This document shows, one piece after another, positions 63,996 through 64,000 of a stretch of DNA of 64,000 bases; position 1 is the stretch's first letter, and each line of letters opens with the position of its first letter. This DNA is from Azolla caroliniana. Its lineage: Eukaryota > Plantae > Polypodiophyta. Position numbers and translations under genes: made by a program. The notes under the pieces are model-generated. The model did not search any database. It was given only the letters and a program-made list of their open reading frames with translations, and was not told where the DNA came from. The DNA is taken from the NCBI GenBank assembly GCA_043228905.1, contig JBHGNT010000001.1, positions 5,394,001 through 5,458,000 on the forward strand, in the 5' to 3' direction.

Positions 63996-64000
63996 CTGCA

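Overview
Eukaryotic land-plant genomic DNA; the style of the PPR remnant and the TE families suggests a fern or other non-seed vascular plant (inference). 1-12935 is a nested TE stack: a decayed Tnt1-like Ty1/copia element (3' LTR 12193-12935) split by a near full-length 7.7-kb L1-type LINE (832-8509, 19-bp TSD) and by a 1.15-kb solo-LTR-like insert. The LINE's long 3' region carries degenerate PLS-type PPR coding sequence. A GC-rich solo LTR with a 4-bp TSD follows (13396-14000), then TE debris. Four intron-containing host genes could be reconstructed by hand: an X8-domain/PDCB-like secreted protein (20737-24638, +), ERD2/KDEL receptor (40155-34970, -, 215 aa), a 21-exon AT4G24610-like gene (47898-58140, +) with an apparent +1 frameshift and a duplicated splice donor, and the 3' part of EMC1 (to 59764, -). 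The most striking structure is two 5'-truncated members of one LINE family lying tail-to-tail at 26250-30789, each bounded on both sides by (TC)n tracts and lacking terminal poly(A), which suggests a microsatellite-targeting LINE family. All calls were made by eye, without database searches.
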